Shown here: positions 17,556-26,110 of the stretch, piece by piece | Position numbering within the stretch: the first letter of the stretch is position 1 | Layout of the letters: each line of letters begins with the position of its first letter | IMG/VR virus record: IMGVR_UViG_3300031912_000021 | Span: 1-47,975 of that record | Length of the DNA: 47,975 nucleotides | Source: a virus | Lineage: Duplodnaviria; Caudoviricetes | Direction: 5' to 3' (one strand) | Notes under the pieces: generated by a model | What the model was told of the DNA's origin: nothing | The model's input: the letters and a program-made list of their open reading frames with translations, nothing else | The model's database searches: none | Made by a program: the position numbers and the translations under genes

Positions 17556-17814
17556 CATCAAACTGAAAAATGGCGTATCACTAAAGAATGTCTCAGATAC
17601 GCAATTGGTTCATTACAGACCGGAGCAAATCCAGTCTGTTTATGATCCGAGTTTAGTTCGCTACTTGACTCTGGACGAAACTGACGACTTGCGCTCTTAT
17701 TTGCTCGATATGGCTGAGGAGCGTTGGGAAATGGCGGATTCTGGGGACGATTATTCTCTAGATCCTGCTGAGCTTTGCATGCTTCACATTGAGGATATTG
17801 GGGAAACAATATGA
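17548..17814 (+). CDS. Small acidic early protein
   Basis: AAGGAG RBS before ATG 17548; D/E-rich C-terminal half. Confidence 0.65.
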   Translation: MLDIKLKNGVSLKNVSDTQLVHYRPEQIQSVYDPSLVRYLTLDETDDLRSYLLDMAEERWEMADSGDDYSLDPAELCMLHIEDIGETI

Positions 17815-18035
17815 CTTTCAACAGTCTGCATCGAATTGAAGTGAACGGCCAAGCAATAGCTTTCTTACATTGCTCGCGAATCGAGCGCACGTTTTACGAC
17901 GGACGCGCGACAGGTATTAGACTTCACAGAATAAACTATTACACGAGAGAGGAGGAGGATATGGGAATTCTTTTAACGCCGGAAACTTACGTCTACGATC
18001 CGAGCGTTAAATCAGAGCCGATTTTTGTAGGCTAG
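17811..18035 (+). CDS. Hypothetical early protein
   Basis: 74 aa; ATGA overlap with the upstream gene. Confidence 0.6.
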   Translation: MTFNSLHRIEVNGQAIAFLHCSRIERTFYDGRATGIRLHRINYYTREEEDMGILLTPETYVYDPSVKSEPIFVG

Positions 18036-18071
18036 CTCAGAGGCTAAACAAAAGAAATTTCAAACCGGGCC

Positions 18072-18100
18072 TTGACTTTTGGGCCCGGTTGTGTTATAAT
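18072..18100 (+). promoter_or_regulatory. Strong sigma70-type promoter
   Basis: TTGACT-N17-TATAAT with TG at the extended -10. The -35 box is flanked by a 9-bp inverted repeat. Confidence 0.85.
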
Positions 18101-18161
18101 GGTTTTCAGGTGAGGGAATTCAGAAAGCCCAAAGCCGAATCCAAAAGGGAGAAAAAAAATT

Positions 18162-18491
18162 ATGAAGCGTAGCATCGAGACAGTCGAAGTGAGCGTCGGA
18201 AAAGACGTTTATCCGCGACAATACGAAAGAACCGAATTGACGACTCTCGACGAGATCATCGAATTCGGACGCAGGGACGAATCGAAGGCGCTCAAGCTTT
18301 TCAATTACGCGCTGGATCTTGAAAAGCGCAATGAAGTCCGAGCGGAGATTCTCAAGAACGAAGCCGCGCAAGCTTCACTGATCGAGAAGCAAGTCCGTGA
18401 CGTGATCAAACAACGCGCGTCTGTCGGTAAGCCAGTGAGTGAGGAACAAGCTCGGAAGATCGTGGAATTCATGCAAACGATGGAAGTCTGA
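18162..18491 (+). CDS. Hypothetical helical early protein (monocistronic)
   Basis: 109 aa, with its own promoter, GGGAG RBS and terminator. Confidence 0.75.
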   Translation: MKRSIETVEVSVGKDVYPRQYERTELTTLDEIIEFGRRDESKALKLFNYALDLEKRNEVRAEILKNEAAQASLIEKQVRDVIKQRASVGKPVSEEQARKIVEFMQTMEV

Positions 18492-18514
18492 TTCGCCGCT
18501 ATCGCGGCTCATCG

Positions 18515-18552
18515 AAATGGCTCAAGATTCTTCGGAATCTTGGGCCATTTTT
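18515..18552 (+). terminator. Intrinsic terminator with C(UUCG)G tetraloop
   Basis: AAATGGCTCAAGATTC-TTCG-GAATCTTGGGCCATTT followed by TTGTTTG. Confidence 0.9.
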
Positions 18553-18779
18553 GTTTGTGCTCGGGGGATTTATCAGTGTCTCGAATTTATCAGCAACGGG
18601 GGTGGGGATAAATTTCAGGCTCCTGATAAGGGAGTTTCGCCTTTTCTACAAGGCGAAGATTTCACGAAATGGGAAAAAAAAAATCCGAAAAAAAAATCTC
18701 GAATCGAATCAACAGTTTAGCAAAACACGCGACCGTTTTTATCAGGTGAATTTGGGTAGAATAATGAGTGCGTTTGGAG

Positions 18780-19100
18780 TGATTTTAGGTATTTTCACAA
18801 GTACTCAGTTGGTTTGCTAAGTACAATGTTTTCAGTAGCTTGCGCGAAAAAAGGAGTGAAAATAGGAGTGAAGTGGATCTATGATTTTCTCTCTATATAT
18901 ATCTCTTATACATATACCAATACATATACACTAACCCGTTATTTTTCAATCACTTACAGACATTGGCCCTTCGCTTGCTGATATTTCCACCCATGTAACT
19001 TTTACCGATTTCCCCCGGAATCCTACACACTGATAAAATAGGGTAATAACCCTTCACACCCCCAAATACCTAACCCCTTGATTCCAAAGGGGAAAAGGCA
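18780..19100. other. Putative replication origin / AT-rich control region
   Basis: Non-coding. Contains a TATATATA tract (~18894-18902), AGGAGTGAA twice, and three related 25-bp IHF-like boxes. Confidence 0.4.
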
Positions 19101-19101
19101 C

Positions 19102-19130
19102 TTGACATTCTTCCCAAATTATGTTAGCCT
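19102..19130 (+). promoter_or_regulatory. Sigma70-type promoter
   Basis: TTGACA-N17-TAGCCT with extended TG, upstream of 19175. Confidence 0.65.
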
Positions 19131-19174
19131 AGTACTGGAGGCTACTAAGAAAGCACTCAAGAAAGGTATCAGAA

Positions 19175-19660
19175 ATGGAGTACTGTGGAAACTGTGGATT
19201 ACCAAAAGAACCCAATCACGATTGTTTACAACCGCAAACTAAATCGCGGGATCAATTATTCCCCCAAGGCGAGAATAAATTCAATTCCGACAAACTATTC
19301 GCTCAGGTTAAAGCTTTAACACCCCCAACATTCGAGGAGATACGAGACAAAGTCAAACTAGATATCTCTCAGGGTAGAACACTAGCCGAACAGTTGACAA
19401 AGAAATGCGCGGAACCCAACTGTCCAACAATGTTAGCCCGAGGCGCGCGGCGATACTGCTCACAGCATTATAAAGCTCCCGACAAGACATATCAGATGTC
19501 AACACGTGGGGGATTCCGATATGAAATTAGAGAAACTGGCTCGGTGAATGTCGTAGTAGTTTACTATCGGACAAGAGTGGTCTTCCAGCACGTAATCAAG
19601 GCAACGGAAGATAGACTAGACAAATTTGACTTAGTCAAGGAAGGAAAGATACTCGTATGA
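19175..19660 (+). CDS. Zinc-finger early protein (paralog A)
   Basis: N-terminal CGNC...HDC and KKCAEPNC...YCSQH. Confidence 0.7.
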   Translation: MEYCGNCGLPKEPNHDCLQPQTKSRDQLFPQGENKFNSDKLFAQVKALTPPTFEEIRDKVKLDISQGRTLAEQLTKKCAEPNCPTMLARGARRYCSQHYKAPDKTYQMSTRGGFRYEIRETGSVNVVVVYYRTRVVFQHVIKATEDRLDKFDLVKEGKILV

Positions 19661-19905
19661 TTCTCAAGAAATGCGCGGAATCCGGATGTGAGAATATGTT
19701 GCCCAAATCCTCACGCAAATATTGTTCGGTACATAATCAACCGAACGCGCGTTCCTATCAATTTGGCACAAAGAGCGGATATAGATTTGAGCTAAAAGAA
19801 CAAGGAATCTCGTTAATTGCACTGGTCTACCATCGAAACCATCTGATAGCTACTGAGTTTTACGAACCGGAAAAGAACAAATCAAGATCTAGGAGATTCG
19901 ATTGA
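19657..19905 (+). CDS. Zinc-finger early protein (paralog B)
   Basis: KKCAESGC...YCSVH; homologous to the C-terminal half of the upstream gene. Confidence 0.7.
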   Translation: MILKKCAESGCENMLPKSSRKYCSVHNQPNARSYQFGTKSGYRFELKEQGISLIALVYHRNHLIATEFYEPEKNKSRSRRFD

Positions 19906-20423
19906 ACCCGACTCAGACTAAACAACTCACGCTCGATTTAATGGGCCAACATAATCTATTGCCGCATTGGTCTTTTAAGTTCGACTCTACCCGTACCAGA
20001 TTCGGCCAGTGTCGGCATCACATCCAAGAGATCGGCATCTCACGATATCTCTCAGCAATGAATCAAACTCCGGAAGTCAAGGACGTTATCTTGCACGAGA
20101 TTGCACACGCTTTAGTTGGCCCGAATCACGGGCACGATTCGGAATGGCAAGCAAAAGCAGTTTCTATCGGAGCCTCGCCCAACAAGTATTACGACTCGGA
20201 AACTGTGAAACTGGCGAATCTGTACGACTTTTCATGCCCGAAGTGCGCCTTTAAGTACAGGGCAAATCGAATGCCCCCGAAGAACAGAAGATACGTCTGC
20301 CGACACGACCTAACTCCGCTAATTCTCGACAACGATCCACAAGAACAAGCAATAAAGCAATTCATGTTGACTCACGGCTGTTCTCGTGAAAAGGCCGAAC
20401 AAGCATTAACAGGAGACTTCTAA
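19902..20423 (+). CDS. SprT-like zinc metalloprotease
   Basis: RFGQC, ILHEIAH, HGHDSEW, followed by a CPKC...C zinc finger. TTG start. Confidence 0.85.
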   Translation: MNPTQTKQLTLDLMGQHNLLPHWSFKFDSTRTRFGQCRHHIQEIGISRYLSAMNQTPEVKDVILHEIAHALVGPNHGHDSEWQAKAVSIGASPNKYYDSETVKLANLYDFSCPKCAFKYRANRMPPKNRRYVCRHDLTPLILDNDPQEQAIKQFMLTHGCSREKAEQALTGDF

Positions 20424-20426
20424 ACT

Positions 20427-20972
20427 ATGAGGAATGAACACACCAGATGCCAGTTCATCGACCCGAACGGTCAGCAATGCGAAGAGTGGTTTCAAGTCGA
20501 TGGACTAAAGTACTGTCCCCAAATACATAGAACCCTACCCTCAGTCGAAAAGGGCACGATCAGCAAGGAATCCTATCTTACCGTTGTAAACAACGAAGGC
20601 GAGCAATGCTATGCAATGACAATGCCTCAACTTTCAGAGCATATCAGAGATCTCGAACGTCAGAAAGCCGAATTCCTAGCTTCCATGACTCCTCGAATCT
20701 TGCGCGCGAAACAAGTTGAGGCTGATCGTAAAGAGAAGATGACGGAGGAAGAACGGCAAGAACTCCGAAAGATCAAGGTTCATCGAGAAGTCAAGCGAGT
20801 CAAGATTAAGACAGCAACCGATAAACCCAAGAGACAACCCAAGTTCCAGATGAGCGCTGAAGATCTAGAGTTATCGTTCGAGGAATTACAAGCGAAGTAC
20901 GAGCGCGCGAGGGACCAGCGCCCGAATAATCAACCAACCAACCAACCCGACAAGGAGATCCAAATCAGATGA
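20427..20972 (+). CDS. Hypothetical protein with N-terminal Cys/His finger and charged coil
   Basis: RCQF...QCEE...YCPQIH. Confidence 0.7.
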   Translation: MRNEHTRCQFIDPNGQQCEEWFQVDGLKYCPQIHRTLPSVEKGTISKESYLTVVNNEGEQCYAMTMPQLSEHIRDLERQKAEFLASMTPRILRAKQVEADRKEKMTEEERQELRKIKVHREVKRVKIKTATDKPKRQPKFQMSAEDLELSFEELQAKYERARDQRPNNQPTNQPDKEIQIR

Positions 20973-21304
20973 CATGCAAAGTTTGCGCGCGCGATTTTTC
21001 AGCAAACCAGCCAGTCTGTAATCAGTGCGCGGAATTGATCGCGGAAGTCTGCCGCATTCGATTTGAACTAGACCGACCGATCACCGAGGAACAAGCAACC
21101 ACGATAATCCAGAAAGCTTTACTAGACACGATTCACGAAGGTAGATCGAACATCGCCCATCATTTATGCACAGAATGTGATTCACCAATCGAAACGGTCT
21201 ACACATGCCTAACATGCGACTCCCACCTATGTTCTCGGGAATGTCTAGAGGCGCACACACGAAATCAATTTAAGACCCGATATTCGAACATTAAAGTTCC
21301 TTAA
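20969..21304 (+). CDS. Cys-rich zinc-finger protein
   Basis: CKVC, CNQC, CTEC, CLTC and CSRECLEAH motifs. Confidence 0.7.
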   Translation: MTCKVCARDFSANQPVCNQCAELIAEVCRIRFELDRPITEEQATTIIQKALLDTIHEGRSNIAHHLCTECDSPIETVYTCLTCDSHLCSRECLEAHTRNQFKTRYSNIKVP

Positions 21305-21309
21305 TGTAC

Positions 21310-21338
21310 TTGACTTTCGCGCCTTTCCGTGCTATAAT
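21310..21338 (+). promoter_or_regulatory. Strong sigma70-type promoter
   Basis: TTGACT-N17-TATAAT with extended TG, followed by a GGAGG RBS and the TTG start of the helicase. Confidence 0.85.
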
Positions 21339-21359
21339 GGTTAGATACTGGAGGAAACA

Positions 21360-22970
21360 TTGCCATTCACTAAACTGAAGTGCCCACGATGCAATAAGGT
21401 TGCAGAAACCCAAGCTGAGATAAAGGTCAACGGACGCCCGCACTTGTTTCTGAAGTGCGGCCATGTCATGGAGCAGCAACAACTCAAACTCACTGGGACC
21501 CATCCGGAAGAGATCACTTCGTTGGACGGTAAGAAGTTATTTCACTTTCAGAATGACGGAGTCAGATTCATCGAATCCAGTAACGCTCGATGTCTAGTCG
21601 GGGATGAAATGGGTCTAGGCAAGACAGTTCAGGCACTAGCTTTTTTGCTGATGCACCCCGAGAATCGCCCATTCCTATGGATTGGGAAGTCCTCACTAAA
21701 GTACCAATATCAATACGAAGTAATGCGCTGGATGGGGGAAGAACATTTCGCCCAGGTATTGGATGGAGGCCGCGACAAACTCATTCCGGGATTTGTCGGG
21801 CACATTGTCAGCTACGATCTTCTACGAAACATGAAGAAAGAGTTTTCGATGCTCGAACAATGCAAGAAAGTTGGCATCAAGACTCTCATTCTTGACGAGT
21901 GCCAACAGATAAAGAACTCACAATCTCAGCGCACCGCATTCACGCGCGAGTTAGCGCGCGTGATTCCCCACGTCATTGCGCTCTCTGGAACGCCGATAAA
22001 GAACCACGCGGGCGAGTTCTTTCCAGTGCTGAACATCATTCGACCAGACATCTACTCGAACGAAAGCCGATTCCTGATGAACAAATGCTCGACCTACTGG
22101 AACGGCTACACTTGGAAAACTGGTGGTCTTGCAGACCCTAAGAGATTCCATGAAGAAACCAAGAACTATATCATTCGGCGCGAGCGCGCGGAAGTCCTGC
22201 CCGACCTCCCGAAAGTGCAACGATCATTCACGTTCGCCCAGGAACTCGGGAAGAAGGTTGAAGCCGAGTATATCAGGGAGTTCAAGGAATTCCGAACAGC
22301 CTACAATTCAAAAGGTTGGGAAGGTGAATTTGACAATGATCCAGACAGCCCACCAGACTCAACGATAGCCCGACTCTCCAGACTGAGGCATCTGGTTGGT
22401 TGGGCGAAGATCGACCCCTGTATTGATTTCTGTATGGAGTTCTTGGGATCGACCGACCGAAAGCTAACGATCTTCACACATCACAAAGACGTATCAGAGA
22501 CTCTAGTAGAAAAGCTCAATTCCGTTCTTCATGAACTGGAACTCGAACCCGCGCTCTATTTGCACGCGGGTTTGGATTCCGAACGGCGCTACGATTTGGT
22601 GAACAAGTTCCGAGACTCCAAACTAACGCGCATTATGGTAGCCTCCACGCTGGCAAGTGGGGAGGGCCTGAACTTGCAATTCTGTTCAGATTGCATTCTA
22701 CTAGAGCGCCAATGGAATCCAGCCAATGAGGAACAAGCTGAGGGCCGATTCCCCCGACCGGGCTCGACCGCATCATCAATAGCCGCTACCTACTTTACCG
22801 CAGTTGGAACCGTTGACGAATTCTTTGCCGAGATTGTTGAGAAGAAACGGGAGATCGTCCACAACACCCTGAATAAGAACGGTGAAGCCCTACCTTGGGA
22901 CCAATCTTCGATAATGAAGGAATTAGCCGAAACCCTAGCATCTTTAGGTGGTCGGAAATGGAGCATCTAA
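21360..22970 (+). CDS. SNF2-family (HARP-like) helicase/ATPase
   Basis: GDEMGLGKT, LILDECQ, LSGTP, GEGLNLQ, WNPANEEQAEGR; N-terminal zinc ribbon. Confidence 0.9.
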   Translation: MPFTKLKCPRCNKVAETQAEIKVNGRPHLFLKCGHVMEQQQLKLTGTHPEEITSLDGKKLFHFQNDGVRFIESSNARCLVGDEMGLGKTVQALAFLLMHPENRPFLWIGKSSLKYQYQYEVMRWMGEEHFAQVLDGGRDKLIPGFVGHIVSYDLLRNMKKEFSMLEQCKKVGIKTLILDECQQIKNSQSQRTAFTRELARVIPHVIALSGTPIKNHAGEFFPVLNIIRPDIYSNESRFLMNKCSTYWNGYTWKTGGLADPKRFHEETKNYIIRRERAEVLPDLPKVQRSFTFAQELGKKVEAEYIREFKEFRTAYNSKGWEGEFDNDPDSPPDSTIARLSRLRHLVGWAKIDPCIDFCMEFLGSTDRKLTIFTHHKDVSETLVEKLNSVLHELELEPALYLHAGLDSERRYDLVNKFRDSKLTRIMVASTLASGEGLNLQFCSDCILLERQWNPANEEQAEGRFPRPGSTASSIAATYFTAVGTVDEFFAEIVEKKREIVHNTLNKNGEALPWDQSSIMKELAETLASLGGRKWSI

Positions 22971-23353
22971 TGCGAATCAACATTGGAGCAATACCTCACA
23001 TCTTCCAGCGTTACAATACGCTGGGAGATTGGCAGTTCTATGATAATGATGGAACCCTAACAATCCGAGTCTCTGACACGGGAGACTATCGAATGAACGC
23101 GGCGCTCGCGATCCACGAATTCGCTGAGGCAATTTTGTGCAAAGCCCGAGGAATCACCCAACAGCAAGTTGACAGATGGGATCTCGCGCACCTAGAAGAT
23201 CCCGACCCAGGGAGTATCGAAGGTTGCCCATATCACGATCAACATATAGGGGCAGCAATAATCGAAAACATTTTCCTGAAGATGTTAGGAATTAAAGACG
23301 CAGAATACGACGAAAGGACTTTAAAATGCCAACAATCGACTCAGAGCAGCTAA
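22970..23353 (+). CDS. HExxE-motif putative metalloprotein
   Basis: Start at ATG 22970 (TAATG overlap); QRYNTLGDW, AIHEFAE, PYHDQH. Confidence 0.65.
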   Translation: MRINIGAIPHIFQRYNTLGDWQFYDNDGTLTIRVSDTGDYRMNAALAIHEFAEAILCKARGITQQQVDRWDLAHLEDPDPGSIEGCPYHDQHIGAAIIENIFLKMLGIKDAEYDERTLKCQQSTQSS

Positions 23354-23592
23354 TCAAACAGCTAATCTTGGGTGACGGAATGTACGACGGAGATCCACAA
23401 TGCCTCTCCATTCATTCCTACATTAACTCGTGGGACAACCAAACATACCACGTCTCTTACTATCCCGAGCACGAGACCGCACTTTTCACGTCACCATATT
23501 GCAACGATATCAAGACTCTATGGGACGTCCGTAGAATCCCCCAAAGACGCATAACGGAAGACGGGCGCGCGTTTCTCGCCAAAGGAGATTAA
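23326..23592 (+). CDS. Hypothetical protein
   Basis: 88 aa; AGGA RBS. Confidence 0.65.
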   Translation: MPTIDSEQLIKQLILGDGMYDGDPQCLSIHSYINSWDNQTYHVSYYPEHETALFTSPYCNDIKTLWDVRRIPQRRITEDGRAFLAKGD

Positions 23593-23605
23593 GAATTAAC
23601 CCCCT

Positions 23606-23827
23606 ATGAAAATCGATCTCGGCCACGGCGCGTATCTGGAACCGGATGAGGAGCCACGCAACACGATGTTTCACAAGCGCATCGTCGAGACGCGACCCAT
23701 TCCCAACACGCGCAGCGGCAATATCGCCATTCTCGAATGCGGCCACGTGGTGCAAGTCTTTGGGCGATTGACGCTGGCCGAAGGGCGCGTGCTGTGTACC
23801 CAATGCCGGGAGGACTTGCATGGCTGA
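23606..23827 (+). CDS. Small zinc-ribbon protein
   Basis: LECGH...LCTQC. Confidence 0.65.
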   Translation: MKIDLGHGAYLEPDEEPRNTMFHKRIVETRPIPNTRSGNIAILECGHVVQVFGRLTLAEGRVLCTQCREDLHG

Positions 23828-24116
23828 CTTTTGGGTTAACGGAATTGTTGCGCAGCGTGACAAGCAACCCTACATTCAACTCTCGAATGAGAAGGGCATG
23901 ATCGCGCAACTGACCATGGCGCAGGCGCGGCAAGTGGCGCACGACATTCTGGTGATGGCATCGCGCACCGAGGCGGATGCCATGCTGATCAAGTTTTTCG
24001 ATAAGCAGGAATTCCCCAAAGAGGCGGCAGGTGCGCTGTTAGTGGACTTCCGAGAGTTCCGCGCCGGCCTCGACGACGAAGCGATCGGCCACACGCATCG
24101 CGGCGAGGTGCCATGA
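23820..24116 (+). CDS. Hypothetical protein
   Basis: 98 aa; GGAGG RBS; overlaps the upstream gene. Confidence 0.7.
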   Translation: MADFWVNGIVAQRDKQPYIQLSNEKGMIAQLTMAQARQVAHDILVMASRTEADAMLIKFFDKQEFPKEAAGALLVDFREFRAGLDDEAIGHTHRGEVP

Positions 24117-24190
24117 AGGCGCTCGGGCGAAAATACAAGGTTATTAGTCCGGGAGAGCCACCGGAATACGAACGTATCAAAGGAGATTAG
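24113..24190 (+). CDS. Possible 25-aa mini ORF
   Basis: ATGA overlap and GAGGTG RBS; MKALGRKYKVISPGEPPEYERIKGD. Confidence 0.4.
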   Translation: MKALGRKYKVISPGEPPEYERIKGD

Positions 24191-24191
24191 C

Positions 24192-24305
24192 TTGCGGGAA
24201 ACGGCTCATATCAGGCACTTCCTAGACATTTATTTGCTGGTGCTGATCTATGTAATTGGATTTTTGAGCGGATGGCTTTTAAGGGGATTCATCCGCAAAC
24301 ATTAA
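24192..24305 (+). CDS. Single-TM micro-protein (37 aa)
   Basis: Not in the ORF track. AGGAG RBS and TTG start: MRETAHIRHFLDIYLLVLIYVIGFLSGWLLRGFIRKH. Confidence 0.5.
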   Translation: MRETAHIRHFLDIYLLVLIYVIGFLSGWLLRGFIRKH

Positions 24306-24323
24306 TTTCACAGAGGAAAAAAT

Positions 24324-24593
24324 ATGAAGAAATTTGAAGAATTCGGGATAGCCGCGGTCCTTCCAGGGTTGGTGCACGCGGCGGAGCTGCTCCAACAGCA
24401 AATAGACTCGCTTCGGGAGAGAATATCTGAAGTTCCGCAACGGGAGAGAATATCTGAAGAGAAACATAGAAAGAAACCTAAAGCGACATGGTGGACTCAG
24501 GCAACGAAAGCCGAGCGCGCGGCTAGAATAATATCGATGAACAAAGCGCGCGCCAGGAATAGATTGAAAACCGCAGCCAAAGGAGCAGCATGA
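24324..24593 (+). CDS. Small basic coiled-coil protein, possibly nucleoid-associated
   Basis: N-terminal coil and K/R/A-rich tail (AERAARIISMNKARARNRLK). Confidence 0.65.
   Translation: MKKFEEFGIAAVLPGLVHAAELLQQQIDSLRERISEVPQRERISEEKHRKKPKATWWTQATKAERAARIISMNKARARNRLKTAAKGAA
24414..24459 (+). repeat. 19-bp direct repeat (27-bp period)
   Basis: CGGGAGAGAATATCTGAAG at 24414 and 24441, encoding RERISE twice. Confidence 0.85.
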
Positions 24594-24880
24594 CATTCTC
24601 ACCCCGTCAGTACCAGATGATAAAGATGTTCCACGAGGCAAGCGCGGGAATAAGCCTTCACGACATGAAAAGATACGACCAACGTCCCTTTCGATCAATG
24701 TTGATCCGAGGTTGGGTCACGTACAACAAACGCGTGGGATTTGCAATCACCAAACAGGGAAGGCACGACTTTCTGACCTTCCTCTCACAAGACATCTCAC
24801 GAAAGAGCCCAGAAATGCCACTAACGGCATATTTTGACCAGCGTTTATTTCACTTGAAAGCCAAAGGAGCCAGAGCATGA
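24590..24880 (+). CDS. Putative winged-helix DNA-binding protein
   Basis: FSPRQYQMI...FRSMLIRGWV...FAITKQG pattern. Confidence 0.55.
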   Translation: MTFSPRQYQMIKMFHEASAGISLHDMKRYDQRPFRSMLIRGWVTYNKRVGFAITKQGRHDFLTFLSQDISRKSPEMPLTAYFDQRLFHLKAKGARA

Positions 24881-25794
24881 AGCAGAAAATACTAGCAGTC
24901 GACAGCCAGATTCTCAACGAGATCCAGAATTGCGCGCGAAAAGCCGAATTGGCGCATATCAAGAATTTGAGGCCACTTGAGAAAGCGGATGCGCTGGAGA
25001 AAGGAGATCTGATGCACAAAATGCTTCAGACTTACTATTCTCTCAAGCTCGGTCAAGTCTCCGCGGATCTATGGGATTCATTGACCGAAGCGGGAGTGAA
25101 CCCTTCAGACAAACCACAAGATGCGGCCATTTCCGGAGGATATTTCTTCGCGGCGAAGTCCAGCTTGCCCGAGGATATTTCACAAGAAGTCATCTTCCAA
25201 TTCCGTGAGTATGTTGATCACTACAAACATGATTCTTGGAGTCCATTAGCTGTTGAGGAAGTCGGGTCCAAAATCATGTACGAAGATGAGGATCTGAAGA
25301 TCATCTATAGTTTCAAGATCGATCTGATAGCCGAAAAGGGCAATATCGTCGCGCCGTTCGACCACAAGACTGGCTCGACCACAAAAGAACCGAGTTCTCT
25401 CAGCAACCAATTCATCGGTTACGCATGGGCGCTCGGGAGCAATACGGTAATCGTTAACAAGATTGGGTTCCAAAAGACTCTATCCAGGGACAAGCGTTTT
25501 CTACGCTACATTCTCTCGATAGACAATGAAAGAATCGAGGAATGGGTCAACAATTCTATCTGGTGGCTCCGAAATTGGCAGATCAACCATCTAGACAAAG
25601 GTCTATTCCCGATGAACCTAACTAGCTGCGACAAATACGCGGGCTGCATTTATAAGCAGGTTTGCGAGCGGAATCCGCAGATTCGGGATATAAAGCTCGA
25701 ACAGTTTTACAACCCCGCGGAGCAATGGGACGTCGCGCGCGAGTTGGAGAAAGATCAAATTTTAGAGGGTTTAGAAACCATTCAGAAAGACTAA
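24877..25794 (+). CDS. PD-(D/E)XK / Cas4-like exonuclease
   Basis: NCARK, GDLMHKML, KIDLI, DHKT, QFIGY, and C-terminal CDKYAGCIYKQVC. Confidence 0.85.
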   Translation: MKQKILAVDSQILNEIQNCARKAELAHIKNLRPLEKADALEKGDLMHKMLQTYYSLKLGQVSADLWDSLTEAGVNPSDKPQDAAISGGYFFAAKSSLPEDISQEVIFQFREYVDHYKHDSWSPLAVEEVGSKIMYEDEDLKIIYSFKIDLIAEKGNIVAPFDHKTGSTTKEPSSLSNQFIGYAWALGSNTVIVNKIGFQKTLSRDKRFLRYILSIDNERIEEWVNNSIWWLRNWQINHLDKGLFPMNLTSCDKYAGCIYKQVCERNPQIRDIKLEQFYNPAEQWDVARELEKDQILEGLETIQKD

Positions 25795-25795
25795 A

Positions 25796-26110
25796 ATGCC
25801 GCACACTCACGGAAAACACACGAGAACTCACGTTCATAAGTACGAACGAGGAACGATAGGGAAGGATGGACACGAAGTTTATCGCTGCATGCTCCTCGGT
25901 TGCCCACATTATTTGCCTAACCTATTCCTAGCAATCAACCGACTGTCATTATGTTGGGGAAACTGCGGGAATGCGGTCATGCTCACGCAGAAAATGGTCT
26001 ATCACGACAAAACAAAGCGCCCGCTCTGCGACTCTTGCAGAGAGCTTAGGGCACAGAGGAAAGCAAATCTAGCGATGATACCAAAGGAGACAGATGTTAA
26101 CACCAATTGA
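25796..26110 (+). CDS. His/Cys-rich zinc-binding protein
   Basis: HVHKY...YRCMLLGCPHY, CWGNC, CDSC. Confidence 0.7.
   Translation: MPHTHGKHTRTHVHKYERGTIGKDGHEVYRCMLLGCPHYLPNLFLAINRLSLCWGNCGNAVMLTQKMVYHDKTKRPLCDSCRELRAQRKANLAMIPKETDVNTN

Noticed and set aside
18439-18820. ORFs 18439..18720 and 18551..18820
   Set aside because: They cross or follow a strong terminator, contain homopolymer tracts and have no RBS.
19102-19129. dif-like site (TTATGTTAG resembles the XerD arm)
   Set aside because: No matching XerC arm at 6-bp spacing; the sequence is fully explained as the -35/-10 promoter.
24877-25794. CRISPR-Cas locus (Cas4-like gene)
   Set aside because: No repeat-spacer array or other cas genes; the context is a phage recombination module.
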